In this document: in pieces, positions 51,045-63,400 of the stretch
How the letters are laid out: the number at the start of each line of letters is the position of its first letter
Numbering within the stretch: position 1 is the stretch's first letter
Assembly (NCBI GenBank): GCA_964187785.1
Contig: OZ076416.1
Span: 19,964,001-20,028,000, forward strand
Direction of reading: 5' to 3'
From: Amphiscolops sp. MND2022
Lineage: Eukaryota
Length of the DNA: 64,000 nt
Made by a program: the position numbers and the translations under genes
Notes under the pieces: model-generated
The model's database searches: none
The model's input: the letters and a program-made list of their open reading frames with translations, nothing else
Told to the model about the DNA's origin: nothing

Positions 51045-51194
51045 GCCACACCCATTTAAACCAGTCTGAATTTCAAGGTTATATCCCCACACCAACAGTC
51101 TTAATTTCACGGTAATCCCCCCCCCCGTATAAATTAGTTCACATTCACGAAAACGGAGCAAAAGTGACCCAGGGTTCCTACTTTTATGACTACT
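51045..51194 (-). repeat. Right terminal inverted repeat (150 bp)
   Basis: Reverse complement of 8088-8232. Confidence 0.95.
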
Positions 51195-51310
51195 CCAACT
51201 TAAGGTTAAATTTCATTCCTGTTTTTAACGAAGCGAATCCTCGAGAACTTTTACCACCGGTTCAGTGTCTCTCGTTGCTTTCCTCTAGTGTGTTTCACTT
51301 GCCTTTGAAA

Positions 51311-51556
51311 TGTTGATGCATCACAAACAAAAACATTTGTGAATTCAAATTTTCAAATAATCATTTCATTGAGTTTTATATCGCACTAGTTAAAGACACG
51401 TGCTATTCATTGACATTATAATCTTGTTCACGTATTTATTATATTCATTTTTCCTCTTTCTTTTTTGCAATCAGTTGCCGTGAATCTACAAAAATAATAC
51501 AAACTTCATTTCGCAAAAACAAATTGCTCTCCCCTAAAACAAAGCAAGTCACAACA
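51311..51556 (+). mobile_element. Candidate 5' LTR of a BEL/Pao element
   Basis: TGTTG...CAACA termini, followed after 5 nt by TGGTGCCG. No second LTR was found, so the left boundary is unconfirmed. Confidence 0.5.
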
Positions 51557-51561
51557 TTAAT

Positions 51562-51579
51562 TGGTGCCGCGTAACCCAG
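51562..51579 (+). promoter_or_regulatory. Degenerate primer-binding site (tRNA-His-like)
   Basis: TGGTGCCGCGTAACCCAGGA resembles TGGTGCCGTGACC, the complement of the tRNA-His 3' end, and lies between the LTR and the gag ATG. Confidence 0.55.
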
Positions 51580-51598
51580 GAACTATCAGCGAAGCAGC

Positions 51599-52900
51599 AT
51601 GTCGTCAACCTATGAAGGGAAAACACATGACCAGCTGAAACGTTCACGTTCAGCAATTCCTGGTATGACCACCAAACCTGTTATGACCACCAAACCTAAT
51701 TGACAGGTTAGCAGTTCCTGGTATGAATTGAAACCATGACCTCTTTTCGACAAAGAGAAGGAAAACGTCACAGCTGACGATCTAAGCTATCTGCGAGCAG
51801 TTGAGAAACAATTGGAAAAGAGACTTGAAAACGCTGTTTCTTTGAATGCTGCAGCACTGCAAATCACTCCAGATACAGACAACGAAATGGAAAAAGAAAT
51901 CGAGGACGCAGACGACTTTGAAAACAAGAACACAGCTGGAGAGAATCAGTGGTTTTCTCGAACAGTTTGAAATCCAAGATCCAGCTCTAAACGCAGCATT
52001 CACAGCGCCAACTTCCACATCAACCAGTTCTCCTACCACGGGACATTTGAAAATGCCAAAATTTGACCTCCCCAAAGTCAATGGTCAATCCAAAGGTTGG
52101 AGTCCTTTTTATGAACAATTTTTGGCATCAGTGGATAGCAGTACAATTATTCCCGACATTCAAAACTTCAGTTACCTCAAAGCAACGCTCACGGGCGAAG
52201 CCTTACAGTTAGTCTCACATTTACCTTTGTCCAATTCAAATTACTAAATCGCTTTGAAATCTTTGATCGTTATAACAACGCAAGGCTCATTGTCAACTCT
52301 CACTTGGATGCAATTTTGCAATTGAAACCTTTACGAAGTGAGTCAGCTCCGGAATTACGACAACTTTTTGTTAGTTTTGAAAAAAGCTTGATGGCCGTTG
52401 AAACACTCAATGTCGATACAAAAGCCAGTAGTTTCAATTGGGTGAGAGTCATTTCTGAAAAACTTGACCACGAATCTAGAAGGCAATGGGAACTCGATTA
52501 CCCCGGAAAAAAGTTGCAAACACTTGACCAATTACGAGACTTCATCAACAAGCGTTTGAAAGCATATCCAATTCCACGAAGAAAGAACGAGCTGTGGGTC
52601 AAGGTAACAGGTTTGTGAGAAAACGGGAATAAAAACAACAAGTTTCTCAGAATTACCAGACGTCTGCAGAAACGTGCCGGGGTTATAATGAAACTCACAA
52701 AATATACGCTTGCAGCAAATTCTGTAAATTAGATCTGAAGGCAAAGAAGAGTCTAGTCTATTCGTCAAAGCTATGTTTCAATTGTTTGAATTCACGACAC
52801 GTGACAAAGGATTGCAAGTCAAAGCATACCTGCAAAACGTGTCACGGCAAACAATACTCTACTTCATGCAGATCAAACAGAAGGGCGAAGTCACAGGATC
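51599..52900 (+). pseudogene. gag: BEL/Pao gag (DUF1759-type) with Cys-His knuckles
   Basis: LKMPKFDLPKVNG...WSPFYEQF...YLKATLTGEALQLVSHLPLSNSNY; ISEKLDHESRRQWE; CFNCLNSRHVTKDC and CKTCHGK; multiple stops and frameshifts. Confidence 0.9.
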
Positions 52901-53400
52901 ACTTATTGCACATCAATCGCTCAACTTTTCTTCAACTGGTGTCATACCGACTGCGTTGGTGCCGATTGAAGATGATTCCTCCACCATTACCATTTGCCGA
53001 GCCATGATCGATAGTGGCTCTCAACTAAGTCTCATAACCGAGTCGGCAGTGCAGATGATGCAACTGAAACGGAGAAGGCAATCACTGACAGTCAACGATA
53101 TTGGCAATGTTGCAAAAACCTACAACTCTGGAAGTGTTGTCTTACGTCCCAAACCAAAATCTGGGCCCAAAATCCTTGAAGTACGCTCTCATTCTTCCTA
53201 GTCTGATACAACTCTTACCAAATCGTTCTTTTGACATGTCAACACAGTCTCAGATGCGAACTGTCGAATTAGCAGATCCAGTTTCAACGTCTCCGATGCA
53301 ATTGACCTCATTTTGGGAGCAGATGTTGCCGAAGAAATCATTCTTGAAGGCAAATTCTCGGAAAACAATTTATAGCATTTCAAAATACATAAAAAGCATA
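52900..53400 (+). pseudogene. BEL/Pao aspartic protease
   Basis: CRAMIDSGSQLSLITE (DSG motif), then LADP and, in another frame, IDLILGADVAEEII. RT, RNase H and integrase were not found downstream. Confidence 0.85.
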
Positions 53401-53703
53401 TAGCACCATATAGTACACAACAAAAAAAGCTCCAAAATGATTTGATGTATTCAAAGTCTTCCTGTTTCAGAAACTCCTCTTTCTCATCCCATTCGTTGTT
53501 GCCTCCTTGTCTTACTACACCGACCACCATATCGTTTCATCAGATTCTTTCTCAATCTTCTTCAGCCACTTACTCCACTTCCTTCTATCAGGATTATCCA
53601 ATTGCCTCTGTTCTTAAGTTCACTTCCAATGGCAACTCTAGAACATAGAAAGTCATTTCCAGTTACCAATGCCAATAGCCTATAAGCCGCTTTTTTCCAC
53701 ACA

Positions 53704-54220
53704 ATGGCGTTCAAGCTGTCATTAGAAATTGATAATGACAACGTAACTCTATCCGCGAAAAAAGGATTCCTTAAAGTGCTTTACAACGTTTGCCGCATCA
53801 AGAAAAAACATATAGACTTTGAACAATATGCCCGACTCCATATTGACGGTCCAAAAATCACCATCTGTGAAACGACGTCTGATACTCTGTTCATAGTTGA
53901 CACATCCTTCACTACTAAGGATGACTACTTCCGGCATGCTTTAGCTGAAGTCTGCGATGCGCTTAACGCGACCTTACGCGATTTTGCCTATACACAAAAG
54001 TTGGAGCGATATGATCCAAGACAACACCAATACCATGAACCGCAGAAACATCCATTTCACGGATGAAAAATTAATGTCAGTTACTTTACTCATGTCTTCT
54101 CTTCTTGCCCTCCTTCTTGATGTCTCCGTCATGATGCAAGCAGAGATTGAATTCACTCCTCTACTTGACCTCCACACACGCCTCAACATCAGTGCCTGGC
54201 TGACACTACAACTTACCTAG
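53704..54220 (+). CDS. Unknown ORF (120 aa, extendable by a frameshift to ~170 aa) downstream of the BEL protease
   Basis: ATG start and globular composition; overlaps a second open frame 53957-54220. Confidence 0.35.
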
Positions 54221-54233
54221 CTTCACCACACAG

Positions 54234-54655
54234 CATCGTCACTTCTGGTCAACTTCGCATCGTCACTTCCGGCCAACTTCACATCGTCACTTCTGGTCAA
54301 CTTCACATCGTCACTTCTGGTCAACTTCACAGCATCGTCACTTCTGGTCCACCTTCCTACCCACGTCACTTCTCGCCAACATGTAACAGGCTTTACACTT
54401 TCAGTATTCATCTTTTAGTTTAGTTCTGTAACCCATATTTAATCTTCAAATTAGAGCTATTACCCAGTATATTCTTATAATCAACCTTCTTGGTGCTACG
54501 GTAACTTTATGTACTCCTATAGCCCATGTACTCGTATTGCCCATATTTAAATGTAACTTTATGAACTCTTATAGGACATATTTAAATTTAACTTTATGTA
54601 CTCTTAAAGCCCATATTTAAAAGTAACTTTATGTACTCCTATAGCCCATATTCAA
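54234..54655. repeat. 24-bp minisatellite (54234-54375, ~5.5 copies) and ~35-bp AT-rich repeats (54500-54655)
   Basis: catcgtcacttctggtcaacttca at 54234, 54258, 54282, 54306 and 54333; gtaactttatgtactc..agcccatatt about four times. Confidence 0.85.
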
Positions 54656-55849
54656 ATCCTATTAGTGCAATATTATTCTTCATGGTAATCTTGTACTGTA
54701 TAATCTTGCATTTTATTATGTTACATAGTGTATAGTACAAACTATAACATACATAACACATAATACGTTCTTGTGTAGTTTTCTTTTTATGATACAAAAA
54801 CTTTCAGAACACTTCAAAACTTCAAACAAAATGATCGTTGTTTTTCCTTCCGTTTAAGGCTTCAAACACTTTTTCAACGCTAACTCTTGTTCTTCACTTT
54901 CGTTGAAAATGAAATAGAACGTTGGCTTTCACTAACTTCTTCAATTTTTGTTCACTACCCGCCAATGTTGGTTCACAACTTTGTCATACTTCTTCAACTC
55001 CAAACAATTTTCACTAGTGAATGCTCACTTGAAGAACTTCACTTTGTTTTTCCAAAGGCCGATGAAAGGATACTTACAAGGATACTTACATATTAAAAAT
55101 ATTTACGTTTCATGCTCAAAAATTCAAAAGAAAAGAGAAGTTGTCAAACAATAACTTGGACGAAACTGTCAGTCAAACTCTGACCTCAAAAACTTTGCAC
55201 CAAAGTGAACCGTCTAAAAACATAAGACGTTAAACCGTCCTAGGTTGTTCTCATTCCTTAAGTATAATACATGCTCTTATGAACAAGAACATGAAACTCT
55301 AAAACCATCCCAAACAGAAACAAAACCTTGTAGAACACACCACTCCAAACGTGCAGATAATTTTTCTTTTTTAAAAATTCCGGGTTGATTGTGATGCCAT
55401 GATGCATGTCCTCAATTATTTTCATATTCTTGAAATATATCTAAACTCTTGACCTAATAACTTGACAGCTGTCACTTCATTTAGAAGTTAATACTTCATT
55501 ATTAGATTGCTGACATTTGGTGACTATATCATTATAGATCTAATCTTACTGTTGTCATCTTAGACTTATTTGAATTATATCTAATCTTAATATGCAATGA
55601 TGTAATTATTGTAACTAACCCATCAGAAGAATAACTCGAATCTTGTATTCTAGAAGCCTTCTCACTTAAGAAGAGAAAGATAGAAAATCTGAGATAACAG
55701 TCCTTCAGTTACTTAGTTTCTTAGTGAAATAGTTCTAGTGAAACTTGAAAAAAAAGATAACTCGACGACGGCTTAGCTTATGACTTAAGAACTTCTTATG
55801 TATACTTTGAAAGATCGACAAAATAACATAACACAAGTAATAAGCAGTA

Positions 55850-56855
55850 CAGCGAATGTTAATTTCAAGCTATTCGTTGGAGAATGAACACTAATAAACA
55901 TCTGTTACTCTTTTATTTGAGCTTGGGGCTTGTATGTGAAAAGATTTATCGATTTGTTCAGCATACCCCAACTATATGTTTCATCAAATTTGTCCAGTTC
56001 GCAGTCGATGCAAGAACGGAAGATGAGAACCCCAACTTGTAGCAGAGACAATCAAGCAGCCTGGAAACAGTTCTACGGCTATCAAAATATGGAGCGAACC
56101 CGTCACACTGTCACCAACCATTTATGGGACGAAAAGGTGCACGCAGCTATTAACAAAATGTTTAAAAGACTGAACATCATCAACGAGAAACTGTACGAGG
56201 TAGAATTTGTAAAGTCTGAGATTGACCACAGGGAACCAATCATTGTTGGATTCTTCATTCTGCAATACGCCGAATTGAGAATGTTGGAGCTCTATTACAA
56301 TTCTTTGATCAAGTATTTTAACATTACCAAATTCGAGGAGCTTGAAATGGAAACAGACTCATTTCACCTTGCATCAGGCGAAGAAGAATGATATGACTGT
56401 ATTCGTTCTAAGAAACAAGAGTGGGTATCTCCCCGATCCTCTAATTGTACAGAGAACTTCATTGCCAATGCAACGACTACTTTCTTCGCGCGTACTTGCT
56501 GCACAAAACACGAAACATGACAAGCGCGAACCGGGCCTCTTCAAGGGAGAATTTCGTTGCTCATAGATGTTGTGTTTGTGCGGTAAGACATACTGCTATG
56601 ATTCCTAATCACAAAAATTCATGTTTAGCAGCAAAGGGTTAAACAAGAGGACACTGGAAAGCAGCGGTGACAGCCCAATGTACAATTACAGAAAAGTATT
56701 GGAAGAGACGGTCAACGTGACCAACTAATCGTGGTTTTCGTACAATTGATCACAATAAGGGAATTTACGAACAGACAAAAAAGGGACTCTCCTATTTTTA
56801 TCATAAGACTATTGTTCAAGACGACGAGATTCATACCCGACCACTGACTATTTGA
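55850..56855 (+). pseudogene. pPolB: Polinton/Maverick protein-primed family B DNA polymerase, C-terminal part
   Basis: RMLISSYSLEN; K-x3-NS(x)YGY across a 1-nt deletion; EPIIVGFFILQYAELRMLELYYN; METDS (degenerate DTDS); KREPGLFK; KTYC; SKGLNK; TNRGFRT; KKGLSYFY, ending at TGA 56853-56855. Confidence 0.9.
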
Positions 56856-57384
56856 CACCTTTGTGAAAGTTTTATACAATTTTAATACATTTAATTACAA
56901 AAATTTATTTGTTTCTGTTCAAACATGATTTTGTTCCTCAACACGGAGTAATCAAGTAATTAGCTCAACCTTTATGACGGATATATTATTCCCGTGGCGA
57001 ATAAAATAGTCCTCAAGCGGATGAAACATTCCGCGGGCGGATAAAATATTCAAGGGCAGCGGCATGCACCCAAAAATATAATTTTGCACAATCTCACAGT
57101 GCCAAAAAACCCTATCACCGATCCTAACACAATGCCGAAGCTATTCCCTATCTTTATACGTCATCGGCACATTTTTATACCGTAGCAAACAATCGGCTTC
57201 ATACCTTTGTGAATTGAGTCAAGTTGTCAGCAAATCACAATCGAGCACAACCCGAGTCGTCAGCCAATCAGAATATAGTACGAGACGAGCCGAAGCGCGT
57301 CGTGAGGGAGCAAGACCTTTTTTGGCTCTTTGGCTCGAGTCGGGTCGCTATAGCCTATCTTAAAACATAGGGTCTGCGACCGTC

Positions 57385-57419
57385 CACCCCCCCCCCCCCC
57401 CTGATCAGCTCCTACTACT
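57385..57419 (-). repeat. Probable right terminus of a second Polinton
   Basis: C-run then TGATCAGCTCCTACTACT, which reads AGTAGTAGGAGC on the minus strand, ~560 bp after the polymerase stop. The partner TIR is not in view. Confidence 0.5.
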
Positions 57420-57479
57420 CTTACAACTGAAGTGTTTTCATCGACTCCACCAAGAAGATAGGTGAAATATTGAAAACGA

Positions 57480-60400
57480 TAGAGGATGACGATTATAAAT
57501 GTTCACTGATGATCACCTTGATCGTTATTCAAAACTTCTGCGACAGACCGACTAAAGCTGCAGTTTTCGGTTGGTTAACAGACCTTGAAAAACACCCCAA
57601 ACGAAGAGGGAAATCCACAAAAACAATCTTTAGGAAAAAGCTCATATCAAAAGCCGGATGGGATTGGAAAAACGTCGACGACAAAGCGAAAGATAGACCT
57701 TTATGGAAGAAACTAGTAAAAGAAAGAATGAGTCATCTCGAAACCTGGGAGCGTAAAAAGGGAAATGAAGGCCCGACAACAACGATGGAAAGAAACGCTG
57801 CACCATAAGCATCAAAAGCATTAAATAACAGCACCTGCGAGGAATGCGGAAAAAGGTGTGAAACTGCAGCAGGCCTAGGAATCCACACGAAAGGAATGCA
57901 CGAAGAATCAGTAGTAACCTTTGAATGTGGAAAATGTAAACAAAGTTTTAAAACCGAGAAACACCTGGAAAAACCACGAGAAAAATTGCAAGAACTCACA
58001 ACCGCCTACCGAGGAAACGAGAAAAACTTGTGAAATATGCAACAAGACCACCACAAAATCAAACTTCGCAAGACATTGGAAAACCTGTAACGAAAGAAGG
58101 AACATCGGGAGTAATGAACGAAAAACAACGAAACCGAAAATCGAAAACTAGAGCCACGAAAATACAAACCAGCCTATGCAGAATGCCCCTACTGCGGACA
58201 GCAACGCAGCAAGACCAATATGGCTAGACACCAAAAATCCTGCAAACCCAATCAATAGACCCAGGAGAGGAGGGCATACCCTTTATCAATGAGGGTGAAC
58301 ACCTCACAGGGACAAGGATCACCTTGATCGTTATTCAGAACTTCCTATGTGTTTAGAAGACATTTGCCTGATTGAAAAACGGACGTTGATAATTTGACTC
58401 GCAATCAGACGGATGAAATCGTTTCAAGAATTCCGTTTCAGATACTGATACGGATTCCCACAGATTGAACACAGATGACTGTAACTTCTGATGACATTTT
58501 GCCTGAAACAGTCGACCTGAGGCCCAGTTGGCTCCACGAGAATGAATGCTGAGATCTAATAACGTCTTAATGACCAGCAAACTTTTGCATGTTGCAAGGG
58601 ATGTCCAAAGCCGCAACAAAATGTGGATTTTCCTCCGATGGTGCTCAGTCAGGCAGGCGCAGGCAAATCTCATGCCATCAACGCACTCCCAAATATTAGA
58701 CAAAATTCGTGGATCTTGATGCCTGTCCAGACGATGAAAGTTTGCTTCCGCTTGCACCAATAGACAAGGCCGCCACACATCGATGCTTGCACAATTCAAT
58801 CCAAAATTTGTATAGATTTGGATGGACGAAATGTCAGCATGTATACTTTACAACAGCTCCAACAGAAAGATTTGCGTGTAAGTGTGTGATAATTGACTGA
58901 ACATTTCTAGCAGTTACTCGTTCTTTCAGTTCTACTGACCTCCGTTTGCAGCAGTACCAGTCCGACGCTTCCTGCATCGATGGCAATTGTGTTGAATCAT
59001 TCCGATCGAGGTAACCGGTCAATTAAGGATACTTCGTGGGAACTATATCAACTGTTTTGTAATTTCACGGACACCAACGCCTCCGAGGTCAAACTGACTC
59101 CTCGCGGCTTGTTTGATTCGAAGCTCGCAAAGAAATGAAAACTTGAACAACCAGCTGCAAAAACTGTTGGATTAGCGGTACATCAACCGCAAGGGCAGCA
59201 CAGCTGGTAATTTTTCAACTTCAAAGCATGATTAAAGGTAAACCAACCGACCGTTTAGTCTGTACTTAGTCGATAGTTGAAACCGTGAAAAGCGACGGAG
59301 GATGACAATTATGTGTTCGCTGATGAACACCTTGATCGTTATTTAGAACTTCCTAGGTATTCAGAAGACATTTGCCTCATGAATGGATGGTATGTTTCGA
59401 TTCGAGCTTTGCGCTGAAGGTGACACAAAGCTTCGATTAAAAAACGGAAGTTGATAATTTGACTCCCATTGAGACGGATGGAACTCGAATCGAGAATTTC
59501 GTTTCAGATTCTGATACGGACTTCCGCAGATTGAACACAGATGGCAGTAACTTGTTGACATTTTGCCTGAAACAGTCGACATGAGGCCCATTTGGCTCGA
59601 CGAGAATGAATGCCGAGATCTAATAAATCTTAAAGACAAGCAAACTTTTGCATGTTGCAAGTAATGTCCAAAGCCGCAACATAATGTCCAAATGAGGATT
59701 TTTCTCCGATGGTGCTCGGCTAGACAGGCAGGCAGGCACAGGCAAATCTCATGCCATCAATGCACTCTGAAACGTTAGACAAAATTCGTTGATTTTGAAG
59801 CCTGTCCAGACGATGAAAGTTTGCTTCTGCTTGCACCAACAGGCATGTCCCGCATCACACATCGATGCTTGCACAATTCATTCCAAGCTTTGTATGAGAA
59901 TTGGAGGAGGCTTGGATGGACGAAATGTCAGCCTGTAAATTTTACAACAGCTTCAACGGAAATGTTTGCATATAACTGCGTGATAAGTGACTGAATATCT
60001 CTAGCAGACACTCGTTCTAACAGTTCTATTGACCTCCGGTTGCAGCAGTACCAGTCCGTCGCTTCCTGCGTCAATAGCAATTCTCTTGAATCTTTTCGAT
60101 CGAGGTAATCGGTTATTTCGGGATATTTCGCGGGAACTATTTCAAATGTTTTGTAATTCCACGGACACCAACGTCAGGGTCGAACTGACTCCTCGCAGCT
60201 TGTTCGGTTCAAAGCTCGCAAAGAAAAGAAAACTTGAACAACCAGCTGCAAATACTGTTGAACTAGCGGTACATCAGCCGCAAGGGCAGCACAGCTAGTA
60301 ATTTTATACCTTCAAAGCATGATTAAAGGTACCAACCGATCGTTTAGTGTGTACTTAGTCGATAGTTGAAACCGTGAAAAGCGACGGAGGATGACGATTA

Positions 60401-63400
60401 TGTGTTCGCTGATGAACACCTTGATCGTTATTTAGAACTTCCTAGGTGTTCAGAAGACATTTGCCTCATGAATGGATGGTATGTTTCGAGCTTTGCGCGG
60501 CTTGTTTGGTTCAAAGCTCGCAAAGAAACGAAAACTTGAACAACCAGCTGCAAATACTGTTGGATTAGCCGTACATCAGCCGCAAGGGCAGCACAACTAT
60601 TAAATTTTTCACTTCAATGCATGGTTAAAGGTACCAATCGGTCGTTTAGTCTGTACTTAGTCGATAGTTGAAACCGTGAAATGCGACGGAGGATGACAAT
60701 TATGTGTTCGCTGATGAACACCTTGATCGTTATTTAGAACTTCCTAGGTGTTCAGAAGACATTTGCCTCATGAATGGATGGTATGTTTCGATTCGAGCTT
60801 TGCGCTGAAGGTGACACAAAGCTTCGATTAAAAAACGGAAGTTGATAATTTGACTCCCATTGAGACGGATGGAACTCGAATCGAGAATTTCGTTTCAGAT
60901 TCTGATACGGATTCCCACAGATTGAACACAGATGACAGTAACTTCTGTTGACATTTTGCCTGAAACAGTCGACCTGAGGCCCATTTGGCTCGACGAGAAT
61001 GAATGCCGAGATCAAATAAATCTTAATGACAAGCAAACTTTTGCATGTTGCAAGGAATGTCCAAAGCCGCAACAAAATGAGGATTTTTCTCCGATGGTGC
61101 TCGGCCAGGCAGGCAGGCAGGCAAATCTCATGCCATCAATGCACTCTGAAACGTTAGACAAAATTCGTTGATTTTGAAGCCTGTCCAGACGATGAAAGTT
61201 TGCTTCTGCTTGCACCAACAGGCATGTCCCGCATCACACATCGATGCTTGCACAATTCATTCCAAGCTTTGTATGACAATTGGAGGAGGCTTGGATGGAT
61301 GAAATGTCAGCTTGTAAACTTTACAACAGCTCCAACGGAAATATTTGCAATTAACTGCGTGATAAGTGACTGAATATCTCTAGCAGACACTCGTTCCTTC
61401 AGTTTTATTGACCTCCGGTTGCAGCAGTACCAGTCTGTCGCTTCCTGTATCAATTGCAATTCTCTTGAATCCTTTTTATCGAGGTAATCGGTTATTTCGG
61501 GATATTTCGCGGGAACTATATCAACTGTTTTGTAATTCCACGGACACCAACGTCAGGGTCGAACTGACTCCTCGCAGCTTGTTCGACTCAAAGCTCGCAA
61601 AGAAATGAAAACTTGAACAACCAGCTGCAAATACTGTTGGATTAGCGGTACATCAGCCGCAAGGGCAGCACAGCTAGTAATTTTATACCTTCAAAGCATG
61701 ATTAAAGGTACCAACCGACCGTTTAGTCTGTACTTAATCGATATTTGAAACCGTGAAAAGCGACGGAGGATGACGATTATGTGTTCGCTGATGAACACCT
61801 TGATCGTTATTTAGAACTTCCTAGGTGTTCAGAAGACATTTGCCTCATGAATGGATGGTATGTTTCGAGCTTTGCGCGGCTTGTTTGGTTCAAAGCTCGC
61901 AAAGAAACGAAAACTTGAACAACCAGCTGCAAATACTGTTGGATTAGCCGTACATCAGCCGCAAGGGCAGCACAACTATTAAATTTTTCACTTCAATGCA
62001 TGGTTAAAGGTACCAATCGGTCGTTTAGTCTGTACTTAGTCGATAGTTGAAACCGTGAAATGCGACGGAGGATGACAATTATGTGTTCGCTGATGAACAC
62101 CTTGATCGTTATTTAGAACTTCCTAGGTGTTCAGAAGACATTTGCCTCATGAATGGATGGTATGTTTCGATTCGAGCTTTGCGCTGAAGGTGACACAAAG
62201 CTTCGATTAAAAAACGGAAGTTGATAATTTGACTCCCATTGAGACGGATGGAACTCGAATCGAGAATTTCGTTTCAGATTCTGATACGGATTCCCACAGA
62301 TTGAACACAGATGACAGTAACTTCTGTTGACATTTTGCCTGAAACAGTCGACCTGAGGCCCATTTGGCTCGACGAGAATGAATGCCGAGATCAAATAAAT
62401 CTTAATGACAAGCAAACTTTTGCATGTTGCAAGGAATGTCCAAAGCCGCAACAAAATGAGGATTTTTCTCCGATGGTGCTCGGCCAGGCAGGCAGGCAGG
62501 CAAATCTCATGCCATCAATGCACTCTGAAACGTTAGACAAAATTCGTTCATTTTGAAGCCTGTCCAGACGATGAAAGTTTGCTTCTGCTTGCACCAACAG
62601 GCATGTCCCGCATCACACATCGATGCTTGCACAATTCATTCCAAGCTTTGTATGACAATTGGAGGAGGCTTGGATGGATGAAATGTCAGCTTGTAAATTT
62701 TACAACAGCTCCAACGGAAATATTTGCAATTAACTGCGTGATAAGTGACTGAATATCTCTAGCAGACACTCGTTCCTTCAGTTTTATTGACCTCCGGTTG
62801 CAGCAGTACCAGTCTGTCGCTTCCTGTATCAATTGCAATTCTCTTGAATCCTTTTTATCGAGGTAATCGGTTATTTCGGGATATTTCGCGGGAACTATAT
62901 CAACTGTTTTGTAATTCCACGGACACCAACGTCAGGGTCGAACTGACTCCTCGCAGCTTGTTCGACTCAAAGCTCGCAAAGAAATGAAAACTTGAACAAC
63001 CAGCTGCAAATACTGTTGGATTAGCGGTACATCAGCCGCAAGGGCAGCACAGCTAGTAATTTTATACCTTCAAAGCATGATTAAAGGTACCAACCGACCG
63101 TTTAGTCTGTACTTAATCGATATTTGAAACCGTGAAAAGCGACGGAGGATGACGATTATGTGTTCGCTGATGAACACCTTGATCGTTATTTAGAACTTCC
63201 TAGGTGTTCAGAAGACATTTGCCTCATGAATGGATGGTATGTTTCGAGCTTTGCGCGGCTTGTTTGGTTCAAAGCTCGCAAAGAAACGAAAACTTGAACA
63301 ACCAGCTGCAAATACTGTTGGATTAGCGGTACATCAGCCGCAAGGGCAGCACAACTATTAAATTTTTCACTTCAAGGCATGGTTAAAGGTACCAATCGGT

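Larger units (their letters stand above)
8088..51194. mobile_element. Non-autonomous Polinton/Maverick-like element, 43,107 bp
   Basis: Left end AGTAGTCATAAAAGTAGGAACCCTGGG at 8088; right end CCCAGGGTTCCTACTTTTATGACTACT at 51194; CCAACT directly repeated at 8082-8087 and 51195-51200. AGT-starting TIRs with a 6-bp TSD are established Polinton hallmarks. Confidence 0.85.

Noticed and set aside
51782-52081. Minus-strand ORFs over gag (also 52498, 52532, 53198)
   Set aside because: Antisense shadows of BEL/Pao coding sequence.
55590-55800. Possible decayed Penelope end (ILEAFSLK and a following repeat-like tract)
   Set aside because: Too short and degenerate to support.
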